Below are positions 26,521 through 38,998 of a stretch of 64,000 nt of DNA, piece after piece. The stretch is from positions 248,001-312,000 of the forward strand of contig CATNEN010000041.1 in NCBI GenBank assembly GCA_950097015.1, in the 5' to 3' direction. Numbering within the stretch: the stretch's first letter is position 1; every line of letters begins with the position of its first letter. Origin of the DNA: Macrostomum hystrix (lineage: Eukaryota > Animalia > Platyhelminthes). The notes under the pieces are model-generated. The model had not been told where the DNA came from, did no database searches, and worked only from the letters and a program-made list of their open reading frames with translations. Position numbers and translations under genes: made by a program.

Positions 26521-26919
26521 TGAGGACTGTGACTGTGTCCTAACTCTCAGTGCCGCAACGCAACCGCCACAGTTACGTCGGTTTGGCTCACAGTTTAGAA
26601 AGCTTTGCAGCTACGTATCTAATTTTGCTAATTCTAAAATTGTCGCATCTTAGGAAACGCATCTAAACACTTCTAGGATACGCTGCCAGTAGCCATTATA
26701 GAGTTTTGGTCCCTAGACAGACCTAGAGATTACATATTCTCTTCAGACAGAGCACGCAGGAGTAACAGATTCCTCAGCAGCCCGACTTAAACTCCACTAC
26801 TCCCTTCATCAGCTCAGTTTAAAAGGACTCCTAAATTAGCTCGTGTACCAAGAATAAACCCTCAGCTGCTCAGAGCTCCCCTAAAGCTCAGCCGCAGCCA
26901 TCTCAGAGCAGTCAGCAAT

Positions 26920-27200
26920 GGCCCTCTCGGGGCATGGCTGATTCTGTATAGCCACTGTTTCCTTCAAGGCCAAGTTCTAGCGGATAGTTTTGCGTCTCTT
27001 GTGCAGCTTTGACTGTGAAACGCGGAGAACTTTATCTGCCACTGCCCGGTCTTGGCCAGGGCTCAAGACTCAAGTATCTCAAGCCAAACCCAGCGACCTC
27101 TCCAACTCTTGCAGACAACAGAACATCTACCTGGTAGGCCGATACCTGCGGCACACCGTAGATCGACGGGTCCCTCGATCGGAGCGGCACTGCTTCTTCT
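26920..27200 (+). mobile_element. Decayed non-LTR retrotransposon 3' fragment (ORF2 C-terminal Cys/His region)
   Basis: Across frameshifts it reads approximately ALSGHG...HCFLQG...CSFDCET..ENFICHCPVLAR..LKYL, the pattern of the C-terminal CCHC region of LINE ORF2. Confidence 0.5.
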
Positions 27201-27973
27201 GCGAAGCGTAGGTAGCCAGCCGCCGGTCGGATGCACGCTACAGCTAAGTCAAATCAAGGAAATACTCTAACAGTGACGTCTATATGAGCAATGTGAAGAA
27301 AACGTATAATACGAGTATTTCGAAAGAGGAAGTGGCCACTTGAGTGACTGCCGAGCAGTGGGAAAATGAAGCTCCCCTCTGATTAAAATTACTGAGGCAA
27401 ATTTCCGCTCCGAGGTGGAACTCTGCTATCGCTGGTCCAGAATGACTGTCTGAAGCTCGAATTCAGTCTGGTTCATTTCTTATCGAATGGTTCGAAACTG
27501 ATGAAGCGGTGTGGGCCTACACCCCTGACCGGATGTTGGCAATCGGCTGAGCCGCGCGGGCTGCACTTTTGCGTACGACCCTGTCCGCTGCACCCTGAGA
27601 GAGCTGTGGACTGTTGCATTGTGCCGAACTGGCAGCGGTGTGCCTGTCAAACCGTCTGGCAGCTCGGCATGTCCCCTCCGAGCATGAATAATATGCAAAT
27701 CCATCTGTGACAAGCCAATGCACTTTAATTCCCGTGTGATCAATGCGGTGGACAGGGCATCGGTTTTTCTTTCCTGAAGCAACATGTCACATGGCCGCTG
27801 AATTGATTCCTAATTACTTATTCATTTTTTCGTGACGCTTTGCGCTTCTCAAAAAGTGCTTAATAAAATAATCCTGACTTCAGCCATGTTTCCGTTGACT
27901 GCTTATCTACAAGTGCTTGATGGCAAAATGCTATAGATATGATATTGATCTCACCCTCAGTGACGTCTCTCGC

Positions 27974-29648
27974 CCACTCTCAAACCCAACTACCTGCATC
28001 TGTTCCACTCTCAAACCCAGCTACCTGCATCTGTTCCACTCTCAAACCCAACTACCTGCATCTGTTCCACTCTCAAACCCAGCTACCTGCATCTGTTCCA
28101 CTCTCAAACCCAACTACCTGCATCTGTTCCACTCTCAAACCCAGCTACCTGCATCTGTTCCACTCTCAAACCCAGCTACCTGCATCTGTTCCACTCTCAA
28201 ACCCAGCTACCTGCATCTGTTCCACTCTCAAACCCAACTACCTGCATCTGTGCCACTCTCAAACCCAACTACCTGCATTTGTTCCACTCTCAAACCCAGC
28301 TACCTGCATCTGTTCCACTCTCAAACCCAGCTACCTGCATCTGTTCCACTCTCAAACCCAGCTACCTGCATCTGTTCCACTCTCAAACCCAGCTACCTGC
28401 ATCTGTTCCACTCTCAAACCCAACTACCTGCATCTGTTCCACTCTCAAACCCAGCTACCTGCATCTGTTCCACTCTCAAACCCAACTACCTGCATCTGTT
28501 CCACTCTCAAACCCAACTACCTGCATTTGTTCCACTCTCAAACCCAGCTACCTGCATCTGTTCCACTCTCAAACCCAGCTACCTGCATCTGTTCCACTCT
28601 CAAACCCAGCTACCTGCATCTGTTCCACTCTCAAACCCAGCTACCTGCATCTGTTCCACTCTCAAACCCAACTACCTGCATCTGTTCCACTCTCAAACCC
28701 AGCTACCTGCATCTGTTCCACTCTCAAACCCAACTACCTGCATCTGTTCCACTCTCAAACCCAACTACCTGCATCTGTTCCACTCTCAAACCCAGCTACC
28801 TGCATCTGTTCCACTCTCAAATCCAGCTACCTGCATCTGTTCCACTCTCAAACCCAACTACCTGCATCTGTTCCACTCTCAAACCCAGCTACCTGCATCT
28901 GTTCCACTCTCAAACCCAACTACCTGCATCTGTTCCACTCTCAAACCCAACTACCTGCATCTGTGCCACTCTCAAACCCAACTACCTGCATCTGTTCCAC
29001 TCTCAAACCCAACTACCTGCATCTGTTAAACTCTCAAACACAGCTACCTGCATCTGTTCCACTCTCAAACCCAGCTACCTGCATCTGTTCCACTCTCAAA
29101 CCCAGCTACCTGCATCTGTTCCACTCTCAAACCCAACTACCTGCATCTGTTCCACTCTCAAACCCAGCTACCTGCATCTGTTCCACTCTCAAACCCAGCT
29201 ACCTGCATCTGTTCCACTCTCAAACCCAGCTACCTGCATCTGTTCCACTCTCAAACCCAGCTACCTGCATCTGTTCCACTCTCAAACCCAACTACCTGCA
29301 TCTGTTCCACTCTCAAACCCAGCTACCTGCATCTGTTCCACTCTCAAACCCAACTACCTGCATCTGTTCCACTCTCAAACCCAGCTACCTGCATCTGTTC
29401 CACTCTCAAACCCAACTACCTGCATCTGTTCCACTCTCAAACCCAACTACCTGCATCTGTTCCACTCTCAAACCCAGCTACCTGCATCTGTTCCACTCTC
29501 AAACCCAACTACCTGCATCTGTTCCACTCTCAAACCCAGCTACCTGCATCTGTTCCACTCTCAAACCCAACTACCTGCATCTGTTCCACTCTCAAACCCA
29601 ACTACCTGCATCTGTTCCACTCTCAAACCCAACTACCTGCATCTGTGC
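27974..29648. repeat. 31-bp minisatellite (ccactctcaaacccagctacctgcatctgtt), ~54 copies
   Basis: Highly homogeneous array with a main a/g variant; explains three overlapping long ORFs with a 31-aa period. Confidence 0.97.
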
Positions 29649-30279
29649 CAGTGGACCAGCAATAAAGCGAATAGCTCCAGATAAAGCGTTTGGCGCAAAT
29701 ATTATGCAATACTTTGCGTTATATTTTTACTACAATTAACGAACAGAAATAATATATTACAGCATGCTGATGCAGTAATCCTTAATTAGTAATTTCGGCT
29801 TCGACTTGAAGCGACCATTAGTCTGTCAAAGATAAGAGTGTTGTAAATTTTGGTACCCTTAGAGATAACTTTTTGTTTACAAATTTGATTGATTATAGCA
29901 ACTATTGGACATGAAGCAACAAATAACGGTTTCAAAATCCTATTTTTCGTTTGTTGAAATGTGCTTATGTCATAAGAAAAAAATGGTGCAATTTTTATGT
30001 CAAAAGGCGAGTCCAAAGCAAGAAAAAATTGGGAATCGAAATCAATTACTCAAAATTGAACTGAAATTTATCTGCAAAATGTGGGACCTGGTTGCGATTC
30101 GGGTATGAGTACGAGCTGCATGGGGTTAGGGATGCATCCTTAATCCTGATTCGCTCGATAGGAACCGGTTCTAAGGAAAGCATCGCTGAACACTCAGCTT
30201 TTCAGGCTCCGACTCAAACTGGGCGCATCGCGCGGGCGGAAGTTCTAAGGCTGCAGCGGTGCTGAGGGCACCTGTCGCT

Positions 30280-33200
30280 TCATGGCTTGGCTTCCTGTAG
30301 CTCCTCCTGCTTGAAGTCCGAGCGCATGATGTAGAGCAGGAAGGCCAGGAACTGCAGCACGGAGGCGGCCACGGCCACCCAGTAGGACCAGCGCAGAGAG
30401 TTCCGGTGCGCCTGGTTCGCTTCGCCGTGGCTGACGAAGTCGCCCCAGACCGCCACAGCGACTAGCAGGCACAGGACTGCGGGTCCGGGTTGGGTGGAGC
30501 TCTGATAATTTTCTACTCAAGTGGAAGCTGGGGCGAGCCTCACACAGATGCCATCACACAGATGCTACACTGGACCATCACACAGTGTCGGGGGTGAGTG
30601 GCAGAGCGGTCCAACGCGTTTGCCTCTCGCATGAAGGTCCCTGAGCTCGATTCAGCATCGAGGCCACATTACATTGAGGGCGCAGTCGCGAAGAGAGGGA
30701 TGGGTGGCTTGCTAGGACCACTAAAGTCTCAATTTACGCCCTTGAGGGCCCCAACCTCTAGGCACAGTGTAAACGTACACTACCTGACGATGACACAACA
30801 AGGACCATCGCACAGTTTCCCCCGAAATGACCATCACTTAGTGCCACTCCAAAGACAATCGCAGTGCCACTCCAAAGACAATCATCGCACAGTTACATCA
30901 GACAATCGCACAATTACATCAGAAAATCGCACAGTTACATCAGACAATCGCACAGTTACATCAGAAAATCGCACAGTTACATCAGACAATCGCACAGTTA
31001 CATCAGACAATCGCACAGTTACATCAGACAATCGCACAGTTACATCAGACAATCGCACAGTTACATCAGACAATCGCACAATTACATCAGAAAATCGCAC
31101 AGTTACATCAGACAATCGCACAGTTACATCAGAAAATCGCACAGTTACATCAGACAATCGCACAGTTACATCAGACAATCGCACAGTTACATCAGACAAT
31201 CGCACAGTTACATCAGACAATCGCACAGTTACATCAGACAATCGCACAGTTACATCAGACAATCGCACAGTTACATCAGACAATCGCACAGTTACATCAG
31301 ACAATCGCACAGTTACATCAGACAAGGCCAGTCCAACGCACCGATTAACTCTGCATGCATTAGTTAAGACAAGCAGTAGCAAAGCACGTGTGCACTCACA
31401 AGAAGCCAGCAGGCAGCTGACGAACATGAGGCGCACAGTCTTGCTGTGCTGTGCGCTGTCCAGCCTGAGCCGCACCAGTCCGATGACCAGGGAGGCCGCG
31501 GAGGCCGCCAGCCCCAGGATGAAGGCCGCCTTGGTCTTAGCAAAGTCGGCTAAGCAAGCGAAATAAGAGGGAGGGAAAAAGGCTGCGTCAAAGTACGCAC
31601 GGCTTAGCCAAGGCTTCATTGACCCTCAGCAGCCGAGCTTATGCCCCCCCCCCCGGAGCCGGGCTGGCTGATCCGCTATCTAAAAGTGATTATTATTGGA
31701 TTGCTGCTCGCTGCCCCGCTGAGATCTGAGATGAGAAGTGCCGGCGGGCAATGCAATTTAGCGCATGCAGCCGTTCGGGTCGCCTCTCCGCGGATTGCAT
31801 GGGGATTTCGAGCGACGACAAATCCGGCGCCCCAAATGGCTTTGGGGAGAAGCTGGGAGAACTGCTCGGGAGCAAAAAATTGGTTGCTGTATGCGAGCAG
31901 GCCCCACCCCGCAGCCTGCCGATGTCAGCTGAATGCCATGGCGATAACAGGCGGCCTGAAAATAGGCCTTTAATTAGGCGATTGCTGCTCCCCGGCTTTT
32001 CAACAACCGACCGCGTGACTCCAGGGCCAGTCAGCCGAGCCGCTAAAAGCGGGTCGAGTGCTTCACGTTAGCGTATTCAGAGGGGCTGGCGAGTCGCTAA
32101 AGAAATAAGAGAATTTACTTATTTGCTTCGTTGGACTGGGCCCGCACATTTTAAAATTAGATGGGATCTACGCTGCGCTGCCGAATTTGCAAGTCAAAAT
32201 TCGCCAAGCTGGATCGCGAAGGATCTCATAGCTCGGGCGTGTGGCTGAGTACTGCCGACCGCTGTAGCTGCGAAGGCGGAGCGACCTCACACTTCTCCCC
32301 GCTCCCCCCGGAGAGCATCCCATCTATGTTTGGTTTCCCGCAGGCTCCATGCGCAGAAGCCGTAGGTCTCTCTTTCTGGCCGTTATGCAGGCTGAGAACT
32401 GTGATCACATTGGGGAGCCATTAAATTCGCAGCCCCCAGACGTCCTAGGCGGATCGAGGCTGCTCTCTATCGCACAGACGCCCGGAGTCGCTATCGAAGC
32501 AGATGAGGAAACGGCCCAACAGATTGCCGTCCACCTGGGCTGGGCGAGGCGAATAGATCCGCAGCTTTCAGCGGGCGCTACCGGCAGCTGGGCCCACGGC
32601 ATCCGCCTCAGCTCACCTGGAGCGAGTCTGGCCCCGGAAAAGCACTCCTTACGTACAGGGTACATATCTCGCTGCTTCAAGACAAGGTTTAAAGTTCACA
32701 GACTACTCAAGCCAACTGTACTCATTGACTGACCGAATTCAATGAATACAGTATGAAATGCCACCTGCGCAATCCTGCAGATTTAAATAGTGTGCCTAGC
32801 AATGATGACTATCCGAAACTGAAGTGGTGGGGTATAGCTTGGGATATAGCTTGTGGCCCAGTGGCCAGAGCCTAGACTCCTGACTGCGAATGGTGGGGTA
32901 TAGCTTGTGGCCCAGTGGCCAGAGTCTAGACTCCTGACTGCGAGTGGTGGGGTATAGCTTGTGGCCCAGTGGCCAGAGCCTTAGACTCCTGACCGCGACA
33001 GGTCTGAGGTTCGAATCTAGCCCAAAGGAAATAGTTCATCGTTGAGCAAAATTTTTACAGTTTTACAGTTACAGACACTTCGACCGTTAACAGCTGCAGT
33101 TCAATCAGCTGTGAAATGAGTACCAGAAAGGTCCGTGAGGCATCCCTCCCCCAGTCCAAAGACTGAACAGAATAGATAAGCTGTAGGTAGTTTCCAACGG

Positions 33201-33377
33201 GTGTTACTCAAGGCTTGCATGCGATGTATCTGCGGGCAACTCACGCTCGCCGGAGTGGTCCTCCTGCAGCACCACTGGCCAGCGGGCCAGCTGCGAGATG
33301 GACACAACAGCCGCCGCGAAGCCGGTCACGCACATCGCCAGGATGGTCCGGTCGGCAGCCTTCACGCTCAGGCACAT
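30280..33377 (-). CDS. Small four-transmembrane claudin/PMP22-like protein, ~159 aa; exons 33377-33245, 31549-31400, 30476-30280
   Basis: The joined phase-1 exons give MCLSVKAADRTILAMCVTGFAAAVVSISQLARW...KTKAAFILGLAASAASLVIGL...MFVSCLLASFLCLLVAVAVWGD...SLRWSYWVAVAASVLQFLAFLLYIM, i.e. four hydrophobic segments with the WSYW/V TM4 pattern. The link from exon 1 is less certain than exons 2-3. Confidence 0.6.
30590..30780 (+). mobile_element. tRNA-derived SINE, family A, copy 2
   Basis: gtggcagagcggtccaacgcgtttgcctctcgc...gagctcgattc head; aligns to the reverse complement of 8810-8982. Confidence 0.75.
30884..31323. repeat. 21-bp minisatellite (cgcacagttacatcagacaat), ~21 copies
   Basis: Tandem array within the last intron of the 4-TM gene. 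Confidence 0.95.
32822..33170 (+). mobile_element. tRNA-derived SINE, family B, with a triplicated 54-bp 5' (A-box) segment
   Basis: Three copies of tggtggggtatagcttgtggcccagtggccagagcctagactcctgac, one B box (ggttcgaatc, 33008-33017), then cagttcaatcagctgtgaaatgagtacc and ccccagtccaaagactgaacag, both shared with 52290-52575. Confidence 0.75.
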
Positions 33378-34055
33378 CCCTTGGGATCGGCTGTCGGTGT
33401 GTGGGTAGTCCCGGCAGTCAGCAATCGCATCGACAATTTCAATGCAGATCCGCAAGCGGAGTCGAAACCGAGCCGGGCCTGGCTGCCTGCGATTGGCTGA
33501 AAGCGCTGATTGGCTGAAAGAGACCTGCAGATAACAATAAGCACACCTTATCCAGCAATGTCTAGGCAAAGCTCAGGTTAGACTAATCCACTTGTCAGCT
33601 TGAGTGTATTCAAACATAGATAACCAATGATGATTTGTTGGTCCTGCTGGGATGCTTGAACATCAGGAAATCTCATTGGCCGTTGCCTCAGTCCACAGTC
33701 GGTTTGATTACCGCACATTATCCGCGGCCTTGAGCACGGACTCACTGTGGCGCACAGCGGTCCCACAAACTCTCCAGTTGTTGAGAATATACTTTGAGCA
33801 AGCGGCGCCACTAACCGCCGATCAGCACAGGCCATCTGGCTCAGCTGTGGCTAATTGTGCGTCTAGGGAAACAATTCTTACTAAAACATGCGCAATCAGA
33901 TTTACAGCACTACTGAAAGTAGCGGGATCGGAATTAAACCAGAATTCTTAATAAAGTATATTTATTTGTATACATCTGGTTCAAGTGAAATCGGCAATGC
34001 TGGTTCATAACACAATTGGATGCAGGCAAGAGGTGAATAAGGAGTTCTTTGCAGG

Positions 34056-37000
34056 CTAGTATTCCGGCTCGTCATACACATTCTCCTCGTTGGCATTCAG
34101 AAATCCCTCTGGCCGGGCCGTCGTACAAATCTCGCAGCCTGGCCGCTCCGGCCGGTTCCGGTAAGTACAAGTCGGGCAGTGCCAGCCGGGCTGTGTGCGG
34201 GCGGGACAGCCGAAAATTATAATTAGAGCAATTTTAACAAAATTCAGTTCTGCGCGCTAATTTGAAAAACCTATATAAAAAAAAACTCTCATGCGGTTGT
34301 TAAAATTGACACCGACACTGCCTTCTGTGACTTGCATAGAATGGAATAATTCCTCAGGTGTAGGAAATTGCAGACATTCTAGCTCGCATTGACGCACCTC
34401 CTGCACTTTCGGTGCCTCTGGCTGCTGCTTCGGCAGAGGCTGCGGCCTCAGCGACTGCTTCTGAGGACGCGGCTCGGCCCAAACTTTCTGAGCGGCAGCG
34501 GCGGCGGCGGCAGCAGCAGCAGAAGCGGTCACGGCGGTGGCGGCATCGGCTGCAGCCTGTGGAAGTCTCTCACGATCCCATCGATAGCGGAAGATGTCCT
34601 TGGTGAGCAGGTAGAGATGGACGACCACCTCATGCTGCTGCTCAAGCTCGCCAAGTGGCGTGTCGTCCGTTGGAATTCGGCCGCAGGCGATGCAGCACTG
34701 CGACTGGCGCGGAATCTCCAGCTCGGCGGCCACGCGCATCTTCAGCTCCGCCACGGTGCTGGCTGTGCTGAATTTGAACAGGCGGGGCTTCTCCAGATCG
34801 CTATCCTTGTCGTGGAAGAACACCTTCACAAGGAGGCCTTCCCCGGACTGCGGGAACACACGGATGGCGCCGCCCTGGCGGCAGAGCTGCCCAACCACCT
34901 GCTTGGCTCCAGCCGAGTCGCCATTGCAGATAGCCTCCTGCAGCCGGCTGGCTAGATCGGCTGGTGATTGCTGGCCCATGGCATGAAGCTGCAATAGATT
35001 GAGGCTGAGTTCACATTAATTTTGTGAGCAGGAACCTTTTGGATTGAATTTGCAATAAACACAATGAATTCACTCATAAATTATTTGGTTATAACTACTT
35101 AAACTATATATTTGTATAATTCAAGTGATCTTGAAATCATTGCTACTGGGTATTCAACTAATAGAAAGAGAAAGTTCATAAACCTGTCATTAAAGTAAAT
35201 GGAACAATAATTTGTATAGAGGTGTCTAAAACTTGTTGCCTGCATATTTTTGTTAAGTGATTAAATTTTAAAGGATATGTTTCTCCCTAAAGTTCAAATA
35301 TTATTAGAACTAAGCCTAAAAATTTCCGACTGAATTCATTATCCTGCATTTAAATGTTTCGTTGATTTATTTTTATTTTCTGGCTTCTGTAGCACCAGCA
35401 TTTGTAGCATAAGCTTATTTGTAACACATTATATATCATGTTATAAGTAAATTGACAGACTGTTTTAAGTCAATAAAATGATAGATAATAACTGCAAAAT
35501 AGAAAGCACATGCTATATGTTTTTATCATATTTTTATATAATATTTTTTAATTATATCATTTATATTATATATATACCGACAGATAATATAATGATACAG
35601 TGAAAAAGTAACAAAAAGCTAAGTAAAAAAGCTAGAGACCAATGAATTTGAGTCATGACATTATGTGTTCTAGGAAGTTTTAAAAAACAAAGCTCTGTAT
35701 CTGTGTATTTGTATTGACTTAAAATAACACCATATCCTTTTGATTGAAAATGATCGAAATCGAAAATATCAAGGTACCAAGTTAAAACTTCACGGTACCC
35801 TCATTTTTCTAAATCAAAATGCGCACACAGAAGAGTTAGTTCTTAAAAAATATTTTATACTTACTATTAAATGCATTAGTTATTACTATTTTTGTTCAAT
35901 TTTCTTTAAAATATATTGTTCTCGTTAGCTTTGTTAGTCTTGTTTACTTCCGCTCAAAAAACGTCTTGAAGTCAAACGTGTTTCACCCTCTAAGCCACCA
36001 GGGTGCACGAATAATGCAATAGGAGTTTAGAAACAATTTGTATAAACTCCACATGAAGACTTATTCTGAATCGAATTTGCCCACCATCATTTACGTGACG
36101 CATGGATCGAATCACACTTGGCATCCTATTGTACTTCTACGATTAATTTAGTTTTTCCCTTCTGCCAATAAATTTATTTTGTAATTAAATAAAGAAAGTC
36201 TGCATAGGACGGTTAGGTTACCTCGCTAGAGGTCGTCTGGTTGCCAGGGGATAGCGAAATGGGCGGCTCCTCAGCTGCATCCACTCGGCCAGTGCGCCCT
36301 GCAGCTATAAGTCAAGATGGATTTATTTAGGGTTTGCCGGGGCTTATGCTGTTTCGTCGCAGGCGCCGGTCAATCATCTGAAGGATTTGCGTTATAATTA
36401 CCAAAATAAGGTGTCAGGAGTCAGGTTGGGTTGCATCCAACAGTCTAAGTCTAAACAGTTAAAGCAATTAGTTCTGAGCATGTTGGTCGCTCAGCAAAGT
36501 TTTAGTCAAGCGTAACGTACTTGGGAGCATCCATCGGCATGTACTCCTTGCGTATATAAACACACATGCATAAGATTGTCGTTGCAAAGAAATTTATTTT
36601 CATCATCATCATTTCTTCATCATCTCTGCTCGCTGATCTCTTATTCTCTATCCTTTCCTCCATCCTGATTGGTCGCTGTTCTCCCCAATGCTATGCGTAA
36701 TCGTATTGTGTATTGTGTGTGTATTGTGTATATTATGTATTGCGTTAAGTTATGCGTATGCGTAATAATCTAATGCTAATAAAAAAATAATTATAATGAG
36801 GCCAAAATTTGTACTCGTAGCATAATTTATTTTACTGTCAATTGGGGCATAACCCCTTAGTGTTACGAGTGTTACTATACCGCCTACTTCAAGTAGCTCG
36901 TACAATGCCGCGTTCGCTCCACGGCTCGTCACAGCTATCATGATAATTTCTCTCTAAAAGGCGGCCAGCAACTAGGCCAGCAAGTAAATGCCACTCCCTA

Positions 37001-37307
37001 CGAGCGTATTTCCTCGACATAGACAGCCTCCCCATTGAGCATATTTTAGGTAATGGTTCAAGATGGCTTAGTCGGCATGTCAATTCTAAACGTCAATTCC
37101 ACCAACGCAGCAGAGTGCGTGCCATTATCGCTGGGCAAAGATTTGCAGATCAGAAAATGAAATGGAATACTCAGAATTGAGTCCTGACTAAAAGCTGATA
37201 AGCCGCTCTCTGATCGGATTTCCCTTCACCCCAGGGCGTGGCAGTGGGCGAGGCACCTGATGAGCCTGCTAAAAAGGAACTACTTCACCTGAGCTGAAGT
37301 TCAGCAT
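34056..37307 (-). CDS. SHARPIN: SHARPIN/HOIL-1L-like protein (LTM + UBL + NZF, no RBR), ~273 aa; exons 37307-37289 (tentative), 36298-36222, 34988-34398, 34190-34056
   Basis: [24 protein letters not shown] (LUBAC-tethering-motif-like); [20 protein letters not shown]...DDTPL...HLYLLT (HOIL-1/SHARPIN-type UBL); [26 protein letters not shown] (NZF), with a stop 20 codons later. Splice phases are consistent. The two 5' exons are weaker calls, and SHARPIN versus HOIL-1 orthology is unresolved. Confidence 0.78.
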
Positions 37308-37659
37308 GGCAGAGGCACGGCAACAGTCTTGAGCAGCAGCTGGTGAGCACACTACCGACTCCTACGGCATCTCTGCTCGATGCAGTCAGGTGAGCTTCTG
37401 CTTTGGCGCCGATTCCGGCTGAGAAAGTACCTTCCAGCTGGGAATGCATGTTGACTCGCGGCAAATTTATTCAGGGGGTGGGCAAGTGGCGGGAGAGGCA
37501 GTTGCAGCGCAAACAGCCGTTTGCCGTTTGCAGAGTGACTTGAGCCGCGGCCACCGGCCGTAGAGATAGAGCAATGCCTGGCCTGCTGAATCGGACTATA
37601 AAAAAATGAGTGAGCCAGTGAAGCAGGGAGAGGCTGGCATTTTCAAAGCGTTGTGAGCC

Positions 37660-38787
37660 ATGTCGGGCGAGATGATTCAAGCCAAGCTCAAGAGCTTCCG
37701 CGAGCTAAAGGCCGAGAAGGCCAACCGCCTGGAGACCTGGCGCCTGCAGCTGCGCCTTCGCCTCATGGACAAGGAGTGTGGCCACCTGGTCCACCTCAGC
37801 TACCTGGAGCGGAAGACCATTGTGAGGCAGATGGAGTCAGTGCGCCGCACCACCGGGTACAGTCCGCTCAGCGTGCCGCCGCTGCCCGCCGACCGCGCGC
37901 TGAAGGAGAGCCCGTACTTTACATCGAGCAAGCGCGTGAGCGAACGTGCAATGGGAAAGTGGCGCGTTCAGGAGGCGCTGCTAGAGCGGGACTTGCGACT
38001 GTCGGACCTGGAGGTGCGCAAGCGGGAAGAGCAGCAGGCGGCGTTGGTGCGGCTGCTCATCGACCTGGGTGTCATTGCGGAGAGCTCGCAGATTGAAAGT
38101 CTGCCGCAGCAGCCGCTGGCGCTGGGCTCCGAGTCGGCCGGCCGGAACAAGCAGCCACAACAGAAGCGACTGCAACGGCCTGTCACCGCAGCCGCAACTT
38201 CGGGCCCGCTGCCGCCGCTAGCCGAGGCTAAGGAGAAGCGAACTTCCTCAGCAGCTGCTCAGACTCCGCAGCAGCGGCAACAGCAGCAGCAGCAACCACC
38301 GGCACAGTATCAGCGTCGAGGCGTCACTTTCAGCGCCGATTCAAAATCAAACGAGGACGCGCCGGACGGCGGTCAGGCGCAATCGGCGGCATCGGCTGCT
38401 GCTGGAATGCCGCTGTCATCCATGCCTCAGTGGAAGCGGCAGCTCCGGTACGATGCGCCGCCGGCACTCGGAGCTCAGCGCGAGTCGGCGCGCGTTCGCT
38501 TGGCCGTTTCCAAGTCGGCGCTTCGCCGCGAGCTACAGCAGATGGTGGAGGCGCACGAGAAGGATCCGAAGAAGATCGCGCAGGCGGAGGCGGCTCGCCG
38601 CGAGCAGAGTCGGCTGGCGATGCAGCAGACCGTCAGCCACATGCGCAGGATGAGCATGCTGCCTCCTGACGACCACGACCCCAGCAGGCGTGGCTCCCTG
38701 CCTGCCATGCTGCAGCTGGACCGCGACAGCAGCGGCGACGAGAATGACGAAGCTGGCGACGGGGCTGTCTTAGGGGAGGAAGGCTGA
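37660..38787 (+). CDS. Single-exon coiled-coil/low-complexity protein of unknown function (N-terminus loosely CCDC190-like)
   Basis: 375-aa ORF with strong GC3 codon bias, N-terminal helical segment ELKAEKANRLETWRLQLRLRLMDKEC, Q/A-rich linker and acidic tail. Confidence 0.7.
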   Translation: MSGEMIQAKLKSFRELKAEKANRLETWRLQLRLRLMDKECGHLVHLSYLERKTIVRQMESVRRTTGYSPLSVPPLPADRALKESPYFTSSKRVSERAMGKWRVQEALLERDLRLSDLEVRKREEQQAALVRLLIDLGVIAESSQIESLPQQPLALGSESAGRNKQPQQKRLQRPVTAAATSGPLPPLAEAKEKRTSSAAAQTPQQRQQQQQQPPAQYQRRGVTFSADSKSNEDAPDGGQAQSAASAAAGMPLSSMPQWKRQLRYDAPPALGAQRESARVRLAVSKSALRRELQQMVEAHEKDPKKIAQAEAARREQSRLAMQQTVSHMRRMSMLPPDDHDPSRRGSLPAMLQLDRDSSGDENDEAGDGAVLGEEG

Positions 38788-38998
38788 CCGACTGCCTCGC
38801 GAAAACATTGAAAAATGATTCATGTATAAATACGCTACTGAAAGAATTCGAATCAGTCAGTGGCTATTGTTTAAACTATTCTTTCTTAAAAAAAATATCA
38901 TAAATACAAGACAGTCAAGCTATAAGCACAGTAAAGTGTGTCACGAGTCATTGAAGCCTCTCAAGCCATTTCACTTAATTTCGCGGAACGCTCGCCAG

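Noticed and set aside
25467-26653. SEDSE-rich (phosphophoryn-like), VRTVR and TVLTL ORFs
   Set aside because: All frames of one 15-bp minisatellite; no signal peptide or flanking exons to support a biomineral or adhesive protein.
27917-29739. Three long overlapping ORFs (370-581 aa) with a 31-aa period
   Set aside because: A 31-bp unit without stops cycles through all frames; this is a non-coding satellite with no unique domain or splice context.
30598-31566. 322-aa ORF with TVTSDNR repeats
   Set aside because: It begins in a SINE, crosses the 21-bp array and ends antisense to a real exon.
32945-33025. Functional tRNA gene
   Set aside because: A and B boxes are present, but I could not fold a proper acceptor stem; the head is triplicated and continues into a SINE body shared with another locus.
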